Source: Steroidobacteraceae bacterium (GTDB taxonomy: Bacteria > Pseudomonadota > Gammaproteobacteria > Steroidobacterales > Steroidobacteraceae). Taken from it: a stretch of 64,000 nt of DNA. The notes beneath the pieces were generated by a model. That model was not told where the DNA came from and made no database searches. It saw nothing but the letters and a program-made list of their open reading frames with translations. Of the stretch, positions 48,967 through 58,846 are shown piece by piece. The DNA lies in the NCBI GenBank assembly GCA_044226785.1, contig JBGAGK010000014.1, positions 21,061-85,060 on the forward strand, written 5' to 3'. The stretch's first letter is position 1, and each line of letters begins with the position of its first letter. Both the position numbers and the translations under genes were made by a program.

Positions 48967-50931
48967 TCACCCCGTGCGCGGATAGCCCAGCGATCGCAGC
49001 GCGTCCGTGATTTCCGGCAGCACGGCCGGATCCTCGATGGTCGGCGGAATCCTGATGTCGACGCCGTCGGCGATGGTGCGCATGGTGACCCGCAACACCT
49101 TGCCCGAACGCGTCTTGGGCAATCGCGCGACGGTCTTTACATCCTTGAAGGCAGCCACCGGGCCGATCTGCTCGCGCACGCGCGCAATCAGCTCGCGGCA
49201 GACTTCCGGTTCCGGCTTCACGACACCGGCCTTCAAGACCACGAGGCCGACTGGCACCTGGCCCTTGAGCGGATCGGCCGCCTTCAAGACCACGAGGCCG
49301 ACTGGCACCTGGCCCTTGAGCGGATCGGCCGCACCGATCACCGCACACTCCGCGACGTCGGGATGCGACGAGAGCACCTCTTCCATCTCCCCGGTCGACA
49401 GCCGGTGACCCGCGACGTTGATGATGTCGTCGATCCGTGACATCACCCAGCCGTAACCCTCCGCGTCGATCATGCCGGCATCACCTGAAAGGTAATGGCC
49501 CGGGTAGCGCGAGAGATAGGTGCTTTCGAATTCGGTTTCGTTGTTCCAGAGCGTGTACAGGCACCCCGGCGGCAGCGGCAGCCTGATCACGATGTTGCCG
49601 ATCTTTCCGGGCGGGCAGCACTGGCCCGCATCGTCGAGTATCCCGATCTCGTATCCCGGCACCGGCCGGGTCGGCGACCCGGGCTTGATCGGCAGCGGTT
49701 CGATGCCCATGCAGTTGGCGATGGCCGGCCAGCCGAGTTCGGTCTGCCACCAGTTGTCGATCACCGGTACGCCGAGGATCCGGCGCGCCCACTCGATGGT
49801 GTCCGGGTCGCCGCGTTCACCGGCAAGATACAGCTTGCGAAACTTCGACAGGTCGTACTTCGTGACGAGTTCCCCGCGCGGATCCTCCTTCTTGATTGCG
49901 CGGAAGGCCGTCGGCGCCGTGAACAGCGTGTTCACGCCATGATCCTGGCAGACTCGCCAGAACGCGCCGGCATCGGGTGTGCCGACCGGCTTGCCATCGT
50001 AGAGGATGGTGGTACAGCCCTGCAGGAGCGGCCCGTAGACGATGTAGGAATGGCCGACCACCCAGCCGACGTCGGAGGCGGCCCAGTAGACCTCGCCCGG
50101 CCAGGTGTCGTAGACGGCGCCCATCGACCAGCGCAGGGCCACCGCATGGCCGCCGTTGTCGCGCACCGTGCCCTTGGGCTTGCCGGTGGTTCCCGAGGTG
50201 TAGATGACGTAGAGCGGGTCGGTCGCAGCGACCGGGATGCAGTCGGCGGGCGCGGCCGCGGCCATGGCCTCGGCCCAGTCGACATCGCGACCCACCTTCA
50301 TCCCGGCCTTGACCTGCGGGCGCTGCAGGATCAGGCAACGGGTGTCTTCGGCGCCAGCGATCCGCAGCGCGTCGTCCAGCATCGGCTTGTAGGGAACACT
50401 CGCGCCGGGCAGGAGCCCGCACGAGGCCGAGATCATCAGGCGCGGCTTTGCATCGGCGACCCGCTTGGCGAGCTCGGGCGCGGCGAATCCTCCGAACACC
50501 ACCGAATGCACGGCGCCGATGCGGGCGCAGGCGAGCATGGCGATCACGGCTTCGGGAATCAGTGGCATGTAGATGACCACGGTGTCGCCGCGCCGGACAC
50601 CGAGCCGCAGCAGCGCGCCGGCGCAACGCGCGGTCAGGTCGCGCAACTCGAGATAAGTGAACTTGCGTACGGTTCCGGCCAGCGGGCCGTCGAAGACCAG
50701 CGCGAGCTGGCCGGCGCGGCCACCCTCGACGTGACGGTCGAGGCAGTTGTAGCAGGTGTTCAGCTCGCCACCGGCGAACCACCGATAGAATGGCTTGCGC
50801 GAATCGTCGAGAACGCGGCCCCAGCGACGGGTCCAGTGGATCTGCTCCGCGATCTCGCCCCAGAACTCGTCGCGGTTGCGGATCGATGCATCGTACGTTC
50901 GCTGGTAAGCGCCAGCCTGCCCGGGCTTCAC
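48967..50931 (-). CDS. prpE: Propionate-CoA ligase (acyl-CoA synthetase) carrying a 17-codon internal tandem duplication
   Basis: GTG start 8 nt after GGGAGGAAGAG. The YQRTYDASIRNRDEFWGE N-terminus is PrpE-like. AMP-binding motif YTSGTTGKPKG, then GWVVGHSYIVYGPL and PKTRSGK. The sequence AADPLKGQVPVGLVVLK occurs twice in tandem. Confidence 0.88.
   Translation of the reverse strand: MKPGQAGAYQRTYDASIRNRDEFWGEIAEQIHWTRRWGRVLDDSRKPFYRWFAGGELNTCYNCLDRHVEGGRAGQLALVFDGPLAGTVRKFTYLELRDLTARCAGALLRLGVRRGDTVVIYMPLIPEAVIAMLACARIGAVHSVVFGGFAAPELAKRVADAKPRLMISASCGLLPGASVPYKPMLDDALRIAGAEDTRCLILQRPQVKAGMKVGRDVDWAEAMAAAAPADCIPVAATDPLYVIYTSGTTGKPKGTVRDNGGHAVALRWSMGAVYDTWPGEVYWAASDVGWVVGHSYIVYGPLLQGCTTILYDGKPVGTPDAGAFWRVCQDHGVNTLFTAPTAFRAIKKEDPRGELVTKYDLSKFRKLYLAGERGDPDTIEWARRILGVPVIDNWWQTELGWPAIANCMGIEPLPIKPGSPTRPVPGYEIGILDDAGQCCPPGKIGNIVIRLPLPPGCLYTLWNNETEFESTYLSRYPGHYLSGDAGMIDAEGYGWVMSRIDDIINVAGHRLSTGEMEEVLSSHPDVAECAVIGAADPLKGQVPVGLVVLKAADPLKGQVPVGLVVLKAGVVKPEPEVCRELIARVREQIGPVAAFKDVKTVARLPKTRSGKVLRVTMRTIADGVDIRIPPTIEDPAVLPEITDALRSLGYPRTG
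49231..49332. repeat. Perfect 51-bp direct tandem duplication inside prpE
   Basis: 49231-49281 and 49282-49332 are identical base for base (CTTCAAGACCACGAGGCCGACTGGCACCTGGCCCTTGAGCGGATCGGCCGC). In frame, 17 codons each. Confidence 0.95.
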
Positions 50932-51106
50932 GTGCTCTTCCTCCCGGCACCCGGGAAGCGCGGCGAGCGCGCTGCCGCTGCCGGATGCCGCGCTCGAGCC
51001 TACACCGCGCACCGGGGAGTCGCAACGCGCCCGGATGCCAGCGGCCCTGCAAGCGGCTAGAATGCACGCATCGCCACAGGACCGATGCAACACTCGAGGG
51101 CAGGAC

Positions 51107-52000
51107 ATGAGCAATACCGAGCAGCAGAAGACCAAGTTCCGCACCCAGCCCGGCTTCATCGCCGCGCTCGACCAGAGCGGCGGCAGCACGCCGAAGGCGC
51201 TGAAGCTGTATGGCATCGCCGAAGGCAGCTACTCGGGCGAGGCTCAGATGATGGATCTCATCCACGCCATGCGCACGCGCATCATCACCAGCCCGGCGTT
51301 CAATGGTGACCGTATCCTCGGGGCCATCCTGTTCGAAGCCACCATGGATCGCGACATCAAGGGCCAGCCGACCGCAGACTACCTGTGGAGCGTCAAGCGC
51401 GTGGTACCCATTCTCAAGATCGACAAGGGTCTGGAGAACGAGGCCAACGGCGTGCAGCTCATGAAGCCGATGCCACAGCTCGACGCCCTGCTCGCCAAGG
51501 CGAAGTCCAAGGGCATCTTCGGCACCAAGGAGCGCTCGGTCATCAAGCAGGCGAATGCCGCCGGCATCCAGGCGGTGGTGGATCAGCAGTTCGCAGTGGC
51601 GAGGCAGGTGGTGGCGGCGGGCCTGGTACCCATCATCGAGCCCGAGGTGGACATCCACTGCCCCGACAAGGCCGGTGCCGAGAAGATCATGAAGGTCGCC
51701 ATCCAGAAAGGGCTGGATGCCCTGCCCGCCGGGCAACTGGTCATGCTGAAGCTCACGCTGCCCAACGAGGATGACCTGTTCGCCGATTTCGTGAAGCACC
51801 CGCGGGTGCTCAAGGTGGTGGCCCTGTCGGGCGGCTACAGCCGGGCGGACGCCAACAGCAAGCTCGCGAAGCAGCATGGCATGGTGGCGAGTTTTTCGCG
51901 TGCGCTGACCGAAGGTCTCACGGCGCAGCAGTCGGATGCCCAGTTTGACGAGGCGCTGAATCAGGCCATCCAGAGCATCTACGAGGCATCGAAAACCTGA
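51107..52000 (+). CDS. fda: Class I fructose-bisphosphate aldolase (Staphylococcus Fda type)
   Basis: FIAALDQSGGSTPKALKLYGI...ILFEATMDR...VPIIEPEV...MLKLTLP...VVALSGGYSR closely parallels the ~296-aa bacterial class I aldolase. Confidence 0.88.
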   Translation: MSNTEQQKTKFRTQPGFIAALDQSGGSTPKALKLYGIAEGSYSGEAQMMDLIHAMRTRIITSPAFNGDRILGAILFEATMDRDIKGQPTADYLWSVKRVVPILKIDKGLENEANGVQLMKPMPQLDALLAKAKSKGIFGTKERSVIKQANAAGIQAVVDQQFAVARQVVAAGLVPIIEPEVDIHCPDKAGAEKIMKVAIQKGLDALPAGQLVMLKLTLPNEDDLFADFVKHPRVLKVVALSGGYSRADANSKLAKQHGMVASFSRALTEGLTAQQSDAQFDEALNQAIQSIYEASKT

Positions 52001-52021
52001 CCCGGATTCCGCCCGGTCAGG
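51996..52021. terminator. Hairpin between convergent fda and the pspC-domain gene
   Basis: CCTGACC(c)GG-attccg-CC(c)GGTCAGG: 7+2 bp with one mismatch. On the minus strand it is followed by GTTTTC. Overlaps the fda stop codon. Confidence 0.35.
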
Positions 52022-52031
52022 GGTGGATGCC

Positions 52032-52349
52032 TCACTCCGCCGGCACGAAAATCCAGATCAGCAGGTAGATGACCAGACCCGCGCCGCCACACAGCAGCAG
52101 CAGGCAGAACAGCAGGCGTACCAGCCAGGACTCGAGTCCGGTGGCGCGTGCAATGCCGCCACACACGCCGCCGAACCACGCATCCTGACGGCTGCGCCGC
52201 CAGGCGTTCGCCGCGGAGATGGTGCTGCCCGGGGGGTCACGTGGCAGGGCGTCTATGAGCCGCGCCTTGGCACGCGCGAACTCCTCGTCGGACAGGCCGC
52301 CTCGCTGATGCAGGTCATGGAGCTTGGACAGTTCGTCGCCGATGGACAT
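52032..52349 (-). CDS. SHOCT + PspC domain membrane protein
   Basis: SHOCT-like ELSKLHDLHQRGGLSDEEFARAKARLI, followed by PspC-like FGGVCGGIARATGLESWLVRLLFCLLLL. Confidence 0.75.
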   Translation of the reverse strand: MSIGDELSKLHDLHQRGGLSDEEFARAKARLIDALPRDPPGSTISAANAWRRSRQDAWFGGVCGGIARATGLESWLVRLLFCLLLLCGGAGLVIYLLIWIFVPAE

Positions 52350-52433
52350 GGCGGGTACCTCCTGCGGGGGATTATGGCAGCTTTGATGAGGTCCGGATTT
52401 GCGTTCCGCTGACCATGCCGCCTACCCTGGCGC

Positions 52434-53360
52434 ATGGATGACCGATCAGTCAGGCAGGCGGCCTTCGAGTGGCTGAACGAACAAACGGACCTGTACGGGT
52501 ATTCCCTGGAAAGGACGCTGTTGGCCAAGGGGTTTGAGTTCCAGGGCGAGCGCATCCCGCTGGTGGCACCGCAGGGCATCTTCAAACCCCGGTGCATCGA
52601 TCTGCCGCTGTCCATCACCACCGTGGCGGGCGGTCCGTATGCGGACTCGTTTCGGCCGGACGGGCTGCTCAGCTACCGCTACCGGGGAACTGATCCGCGC
52701 CACCGTGACAACGTGGGCTTGCGTGAATGCATGCGGCGAAGCAAGCCATTGATCTACTTTCATGGGATCAAACCGGGCTCCTATGTCCCGTCCTGGCCTG
52801 TGTTCATCGTCGGGGATGACGAGCGCCTGCTGACCTTCACGGTTGCGGTCGACGATGCACTGGAGATCCAGAACCTGGACACGGTGCGCCCTGATGCTTC
52901 CGTTCGCACGGACTCATCCATCCGGCGTGGCTACGTGACCCGTCTTGCGCGCCAGCGGATACATCAGCAGGCGTTTCGTGAACGTGTGCTGAGTGCTTAC
53001 CGGGAACAATGTGCGCTGTGCCGGTTGAAGCATGGTGCTCTGCTCGACGCGGCGCACATCGTTCCCGACAGCGATCCGGAGGGAGAACCCGTGACCAGCA
53101 ACGGCGTGTCCATGTGCAAGCTGCATCACGCGGCCTTCGACCGGCATTTCCTGGCGATTGATCCGGATTACAAGGTCGTGATCCGGCCTGATATCCTCGA
53201 AGAGAGTGATGGACCCATGCTCAAGCACGGGCTGCAGGGTCTGCATCGGCAGCCTATCGTCTTGCCATCCAGGCCAGATCACAAGCCGGACAAGCGATTC
53301 CTGAAACTCCGGTATGAAAAGTTCATGGACCAGGGGAAACTGTTGAATGACCCGAATTGA
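52434..53360 (+). CDS. HNH endonuclease with an SRA/PUA-like N-terminal domain (type IV restriction-like)
   Basis: C-terminal HNH_2-type motif: CALCRLKHGALLDAAHIVPDSDPEGEPVTSNGVSMCKLHHAAFD. The N-terminal ~170 aa (QGIFKP...PLSITTVAGGPYADSF...LSYRYRGTDPRHRDNVGLRECMRRSKPLIYFHG...PVFIV) resembles SRA-type modified-base readers by eye. Confidence 0.75.
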   Translation: MDDRSVRQAAFEWLNEQTDLYGYSLERTLLAKGFEFQGERIPLVAPQGIFKPRCIDLPLSITTVAGGPYADSFRPDGLLSYRYRGTDPRHRDNVGLRECMRRSKPLIYFHGIKPGSYVPSWPVFIVGDDERLLTFTVAVDDALEIQNLDTVRPDASVRTDSSIRRGYVTRLARQRIHQQAFRERVLSAYREQCALCRLKHGALLDAAHIVPDSDPEGEPVTSNGVSMCKLHHAAFDRHFLAIDPDYKVVIRPDILEESDGPMLKHGLQGLHRQPIVLPSRPDHKPDKRFLKLRYEKFMDQGKLLNDPN

Positions 53361-54355
53361 AACTCCACACGGCCACATCGCTGCACTTTTCCCCGGCCCT
53401 GTGGATGTCATCGGTGACATTCACGGAGAAATCGACGCGTTGCGCGGTCTGGGGCGACCTGTGTGACCGTGGCCCGGACAGCCCTTCGGTATTCGAGTTC
53501 GTGGCGGGTCTGGTTGAACGGGAACTGGCGCAATGCATTCTGGGCAATCACGAACTGAATCTCCTGCGGGAGGCTGCCAAGGATGGCAATGGCTGGTACT
53601 TTCCGGATGATCACGACGCCGCACGAGGGCACTTTGCCGATTCGCGGCGGCCGGCTCCTGCCGACCGCTCTGCCATCGCTTCATTCATCGCCACGCTTCC
53701 GCTTGCACTCGAGCGTGAGGACCTTCGCATCGTGCATGCAGCCTGGGATGCGCCATCGATCGCTGCATGCAGACATGCCCGTACGAGCGTACTGGATGTG
53801 TACTGTCAACATGAGAAACTCACGAAAGCCCGTGTTCTGGATTCTGGGTTGGACAAACGTGCTGCCAGTGAAAAGGCGGATTTTGCAGATCGGCTGAAGG
53901 ATTCCCGCGCCGAGGTTCCACTGCTTTCCAGTGTGGCGACCCTGGATGAACTGCTCCAGGCCGGCAATCCGGTTCGCTTGGTCACCTCGGGCATAGAGTG
54001 CGCGGCGATGCGTCCGTTTTTTGCCAGTGGCCAGTGGCGCATGACGGACCGCGTAGCCTGGTGGGAGACTTACGACGATCCGGTTCCGGTTCTGTTTGGT
54101 CACTATTGGCGTTGGCCTTCGAGCGATGCCCGCTCGAAGTATTCGCGCGGTGAGCCCGACTTGTTCAGCGGCTCGATGCCCAATCAGATGCTGGGCGTCC
54201 GGAGGAATGCCTTTTGCGTGGATTTTGCCGTGGGTGTCCGACACAAGGAGCGCAGCCGCGGAGCCAACGGATCGTTCGAGTGCCGGTTGGGTGCGGTGCG
54301 CTGGCCGGAACGACGGCTGATGTTTGACGACGGTCAGGACCTCGCTCTGTTCTGA
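53347..54355 (+). pseudogene. Calcineurin-like metallophosphoesterase (PrpE/ApaH-like) disrupted by a deletion plus frameshift between motifs I and II
   Basis: Frame A (ATG at 53347) reads MTRIETPHGHIAALFPGPVDVIGDIHGEIDALRGLGRPV* and stops at 53464-53466. Frame B (the track ORF) continues ...WGDLCDRGPDSPSVFEFVAGLVERELAQCILGNHELNLL... Only about 9 codons separate GDIHG from GDLCDRG, where family members have roughly 25-35. Confidence 0.7.
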
Positions 54356-54428
54356 CCGGCCATACTTCCACGCTCATCGGCGACCGCCGCGTGACAGGTT
54401 AAGATGGGCCGGTTCCACGAGGTAAGCC

Positions 54429-55388
54429 GTGCCGCCCGGATTCGACATCAACTTGCTGCGGGTCCTTGTGGCCCTGGAGCGCGAGCGCAGCGTCAGTGCC
54501 GTTGCGCGCATGCTGGGCAGAAGCCAGCCGTCGGTGAGTGCATCCCTCTCACGGCTTCGCCGGCAGTTCGGCGACCCGCTGTTCCTTCGCAGCGGGACCC
54601 GGCTCGTTCCCACCGCCCGCACACTGGCGGTGCTGGATGCTGCGAAAAAGGTCCTGGATCTGGTGGACAGGGATATCGCCCGATCGGGCGATTTCGACCC
54701 TGCTTCGAGCGATGCCCCGGTGCGCCTCGCGTTGTCGGATGTCGGAGAAGTGGTTTTCCTGCCGAAGATCCTGACCATGTTGCGCAATGAAATGCCGCGG
54801 GCGGCCGTCTGCTCCATCAGTCCGCTGGCAAGCGCCGTCGGGGCTAGCCTTGCGAGCGGTGACATCGACCTGGCCATCGGGTACTTCCCGGACCTCACCG
54901 GCCGTTCCTACGGTCAACAGGTGTTGTTCCATGATACCTACGCGTGCCTGATCCGGGTCGGGCACCCCATCGAGGCCCAGTCCCTGAGCCTCGATCAGTT
55001 TCGACGACTGGAGCATGCCGTCGTCCGGGTCGAGAGCCGGACGGAGGAGGTCATGGACCGATTCCTGGCCAGGAAGGGAATCCAGCGCCGTATCGCGCTG
55101 ACCACGCCTCATTTCGCGACCATTCCCTTGCTGGTGGCTCAGTCGGATCTCGTGGTCACCGTCCCCCATCCGCTGGCGGTGCACTTTGCCTCGACGAGTT
55201 CCAGCGTCCGGATCATCCAGTTGCCGTTCGAGCCGCCGACCATCGCGCTCAAGCAGTTCTGGCACCGCAGATACCAGCAGGATCCGAGGAGCCAGTGGCT
55301 GAGATCCCGGGTGTATTCGCTCTTTGAAGACAGGCGCGTTGCGCGGTCTCAGGGCGCCATGCCGGGCAGCCGGCCGGCCGGGTCATAG
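54429..55388 (+). CDS. LysR family transcriptional regulator
   Basis: N-terminal wHTH (INLLRVLVALERERSVSAVARMLGRSQPSVSASLSRLR) and a LysR substrate-binding fold. GTG start. Confidence 0.88.
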   Translation: MPPGFDINLLRVLVALERERSVSAVARMLGRSQPSVSASLSRLRRQFGDPLFLRSGTRLVPTARTLAVLDAAKKVLDLVDRDIARSGDFDPASSDAPVRLALSDVGEVVFLPKILTMLRNEMPRAAVCSISPLASAVGASLASGDIDLAIGYFPDLTGRSYGQQVLFHDTYACLIRVGHPIEAQSLSLDQFRRLEHAVVRVESRTEEVMDRFLARKGIQRRIALTTPHFATIPLLVAQSDLVVTVPHPLAVHFASTSSSVRIIQLPFEPPTIALKQFWHRRYQQDPRSQWLRSRVYSLFEDRRVARSQGAMPGSRPAGS

Positions 55389-55411
55389 CGATCGCGACAT
55401 ATCGACTATAA

Positions 55412-56905
<1,494 letters not shown>

Positions 56906-56979
56906 GCGGCCGGATGTCCATGGACGAACCAGGTGCCGGCCGTCATGATCCGGGTTCCTCAGTCTGCACGGGAACTGAC

Positions 56980-58254
56980 ATGAGCGATCCTTTCCGCCGC
57001 GGGTTTCTCCGGACGATGGTCTTGGGTGGCGCTGCCCTGGGTGGCGGATTGGCCGAGGTGTCGCGCGCCAGGCCGGCTCCAGCCCCGACCCCAGGCGCGC
57101 TGCGTTCCATGACCGCGCATGTGAAGCCCATCACCGCCGATGAACGACGGGCGCGGCTCGACAAGCTCCAGTCCCTGATGCGCGAGCGCAAGATCACGGC
57201 ATTGCTGGTGGAATCGGGTTCATCGCTGGACTATTTCACGGGTGTGAAATGGTGGCGCTCGGAGCGCACCACGGCGGCGTTGCTCCCTGCGCAGGGCCAG
57301 ACCGTCATCGTCACGCCGTATTTCGAGGAACCCTCGATCCGTGAGACCCTGCAGGTCGGTGCCGATGTGCGTACCTGGAAGGAGGACGAGAGTCCCTTCG
57401 ACCTGCTCGCCGGGGCGGCGCGCGAACACGGCGAATCGGGCGGTGTGCTGGCCGTCGAGCCGACCACGCGCTTTTTCATCTGGGACAGGGTGGGCAGGGC
57501 ATTGAACGGCGCGCGTGAACTCGCATCCGGCGAGATGCTGGTCAATGCCTGCCGCATGCACAAGTCGCCCGCCGAGCTCGCATTGATGCAGGCTGCGAAC
57601 CAGGCAACCCTCGCCGGCATCCGCCATGTCCATGGACGGATCGAGGCAGGCATGAGCGCGTTGGACATCAACACCCTGCTGGTCGATGCATTGACCCGGT
57701 TGGGCGTCGAGGCGGATCCGGCCCTGGTACTGCTGAACGAAGCCTCGGCCTTTCCGCACGGTTCCACAAAGCCGCAGGTGGTACGCCCGGGCTCGACCAT
57801 CCTGATCGACAGCACATCTCAGCTCCATGGGCTCCAGGCGGACATGTCGCGCACCTGGTTCTTCGGCGAGCCCGGCAAGCGCCAGCGCGAACTCTGGAAC
57901 ACGGTGAAGCGGGGCCAGGAGATTGCGCTTCAGACCGCGCGCGTCGGCGTACCGGTGGGTGAGATCGATCGGGCCGTGCGCGGGTACTACGAGGGCCTTT
58001 GCTGGAGCAGGGATTACAGGCTGCCGGGCCTGTCACATCGAACCGGTCATGGCATCGGCATGGACGGGCACGAGGCGCCGTATCTGGTGCGCAACGACCG
58101 CACCCCGCTCGAGCCGGGCATGTGCTTTTCCGATGAACCGGGGCTCTACGTTCCGGGAGAGTTCGGCGTGCGGCTGGAGGACTGCTGGACCATGACCGAA
58201 ACGGGTCCGAAGACCTTCACTCCGCTGGCGAAGTCGGTGGAGGAGCCCGTGTGA
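56980..58254 (+). CDS. M24 family metallopeptidase (Xaa-Pro peptidase / creatinase fold) with a Tat-type signal
   Basis: MSDPFRRGFLRTMVLGGAALGG twin-Arg leader. Metal ligands in HRTGHGIGMDGHEAP, SDEPGLY and RLED. Confidence 0.85.
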   Translation: MSDPFRRGFLRTMVLGGAALGGGLAEVSRARPAPAPTPGALRSMTAHVKPITADERRARLDKLQSLMRERKITALLVESGSSLDYFTGVKWWRSERTTAALLPAQGQTVIVTPYFEEPSIRETLQVGADVRTWKEDESPFDLLAGAAREHGESGGVLAVEPTTRFFIWDRVGRALNGARELASGEMLVNACRMHKSPAELALMQAANQATLAGIRHVHGRIEAGMSALDINTLLVDALTRLGVEADPALVLLNEASAFPHGSTKPQVVRPGSTILIDSTSQLHGLQADMSRTWFFGEPGKRQRELWNTVKRGQEIALQTARVGVPVGEIDRAVRGYYEGLCWSRDYRLPGLSHRTGHGIGMDGHEAPYLVRNDRTPLEPGMCFSDEPGLYVPGEFGVRLEDCWTMTETGPKTFTPLAKSVEEPV

Positions 58255-58306
58255 AGCGCTGATGTGCCAGGCCTTTGCAATGGCCCTTGCGCGTCACCGC
58301 GGCGAG

Positions 58307-58846
58307 TCAGCCCGGCTCCTTGAGCCCGTACTTTTTCTTCAGCCATTCCGGGGGCTCCACGGCCCAACGGGACAGGCGCCAGACGTCGAGTGTTTCCACG
58401 GCATCGGGCCAGACACTGGGTTCGTAGGGACGCTCGGCATCGATCTGCCGCATGTCGGAATAAAACTCGACATTGTTGCCGTCCGGATCCTTGAACACGA
58501 GGAAGGTGTTCTCGCCGGGTCCGTGCTTGCCGGGTCCGCGGACGACCGGAATTCCCTTCGCCTTGAGAAACTCCACCGCCTGTTCGATTTCGGCGAAGTC
58601 CGGGATGTAGTAGGAAAAATGCTCCAGCCCCGGCCCTTGTCCCGCCGGCGCCGCGGCTTCACCCGGAGGGAGCTGTGCCAGCGCCAGGTCATGATGGTCG
58701 CTGGCGGCCCGCAGGAAGACCATCCGGTCCCCGATCCGGTCGGAAATCGTGAGTCCGACGATCTCGGTGTAAAAGCGCGTGGAACGCTCGAGGTCCCGGA
58801 CCTTCAGCACCAGGTGACCCAGACGACGGGGGCGCGGTTTGTTCAT
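58307..58846 (-). CDS. VOC family protein (glyoxalase / extradiol dioxygenase fold)
   Basis: LGHLVLKVRDLERSTRFYTEIVGL...GLEHFSYYIPD...FKDPDGNNVEF is the typical paired beta-alpha-beta-beta-beta module. Confidence 0.8.
   Translation of the reverse strand: MNKPRPRRLGHLVLKVRDLERSTRFYTEIVGLTISDRIGDRMVFLRAASDHHDLALAQLPPGEAAAPAGQGPGLEHFSYYIPDFAEIEQAVEFLKAKGIPVVRGPGKHGPGENTFLVFKDPDGNNVEFYSDMRQIDAERPYEPSVWPDAVETLDVWRLSRWAVEPPEWLKKKYGLKEPG

Noticed and set aside
49817-51877. 686-aa ORF on the minus strand spanning prpE and fda
   Set aside because: It is out of frame with prpE and antisense to fda. Both real genes are recognisable by strong motifs, and this ORF has none.
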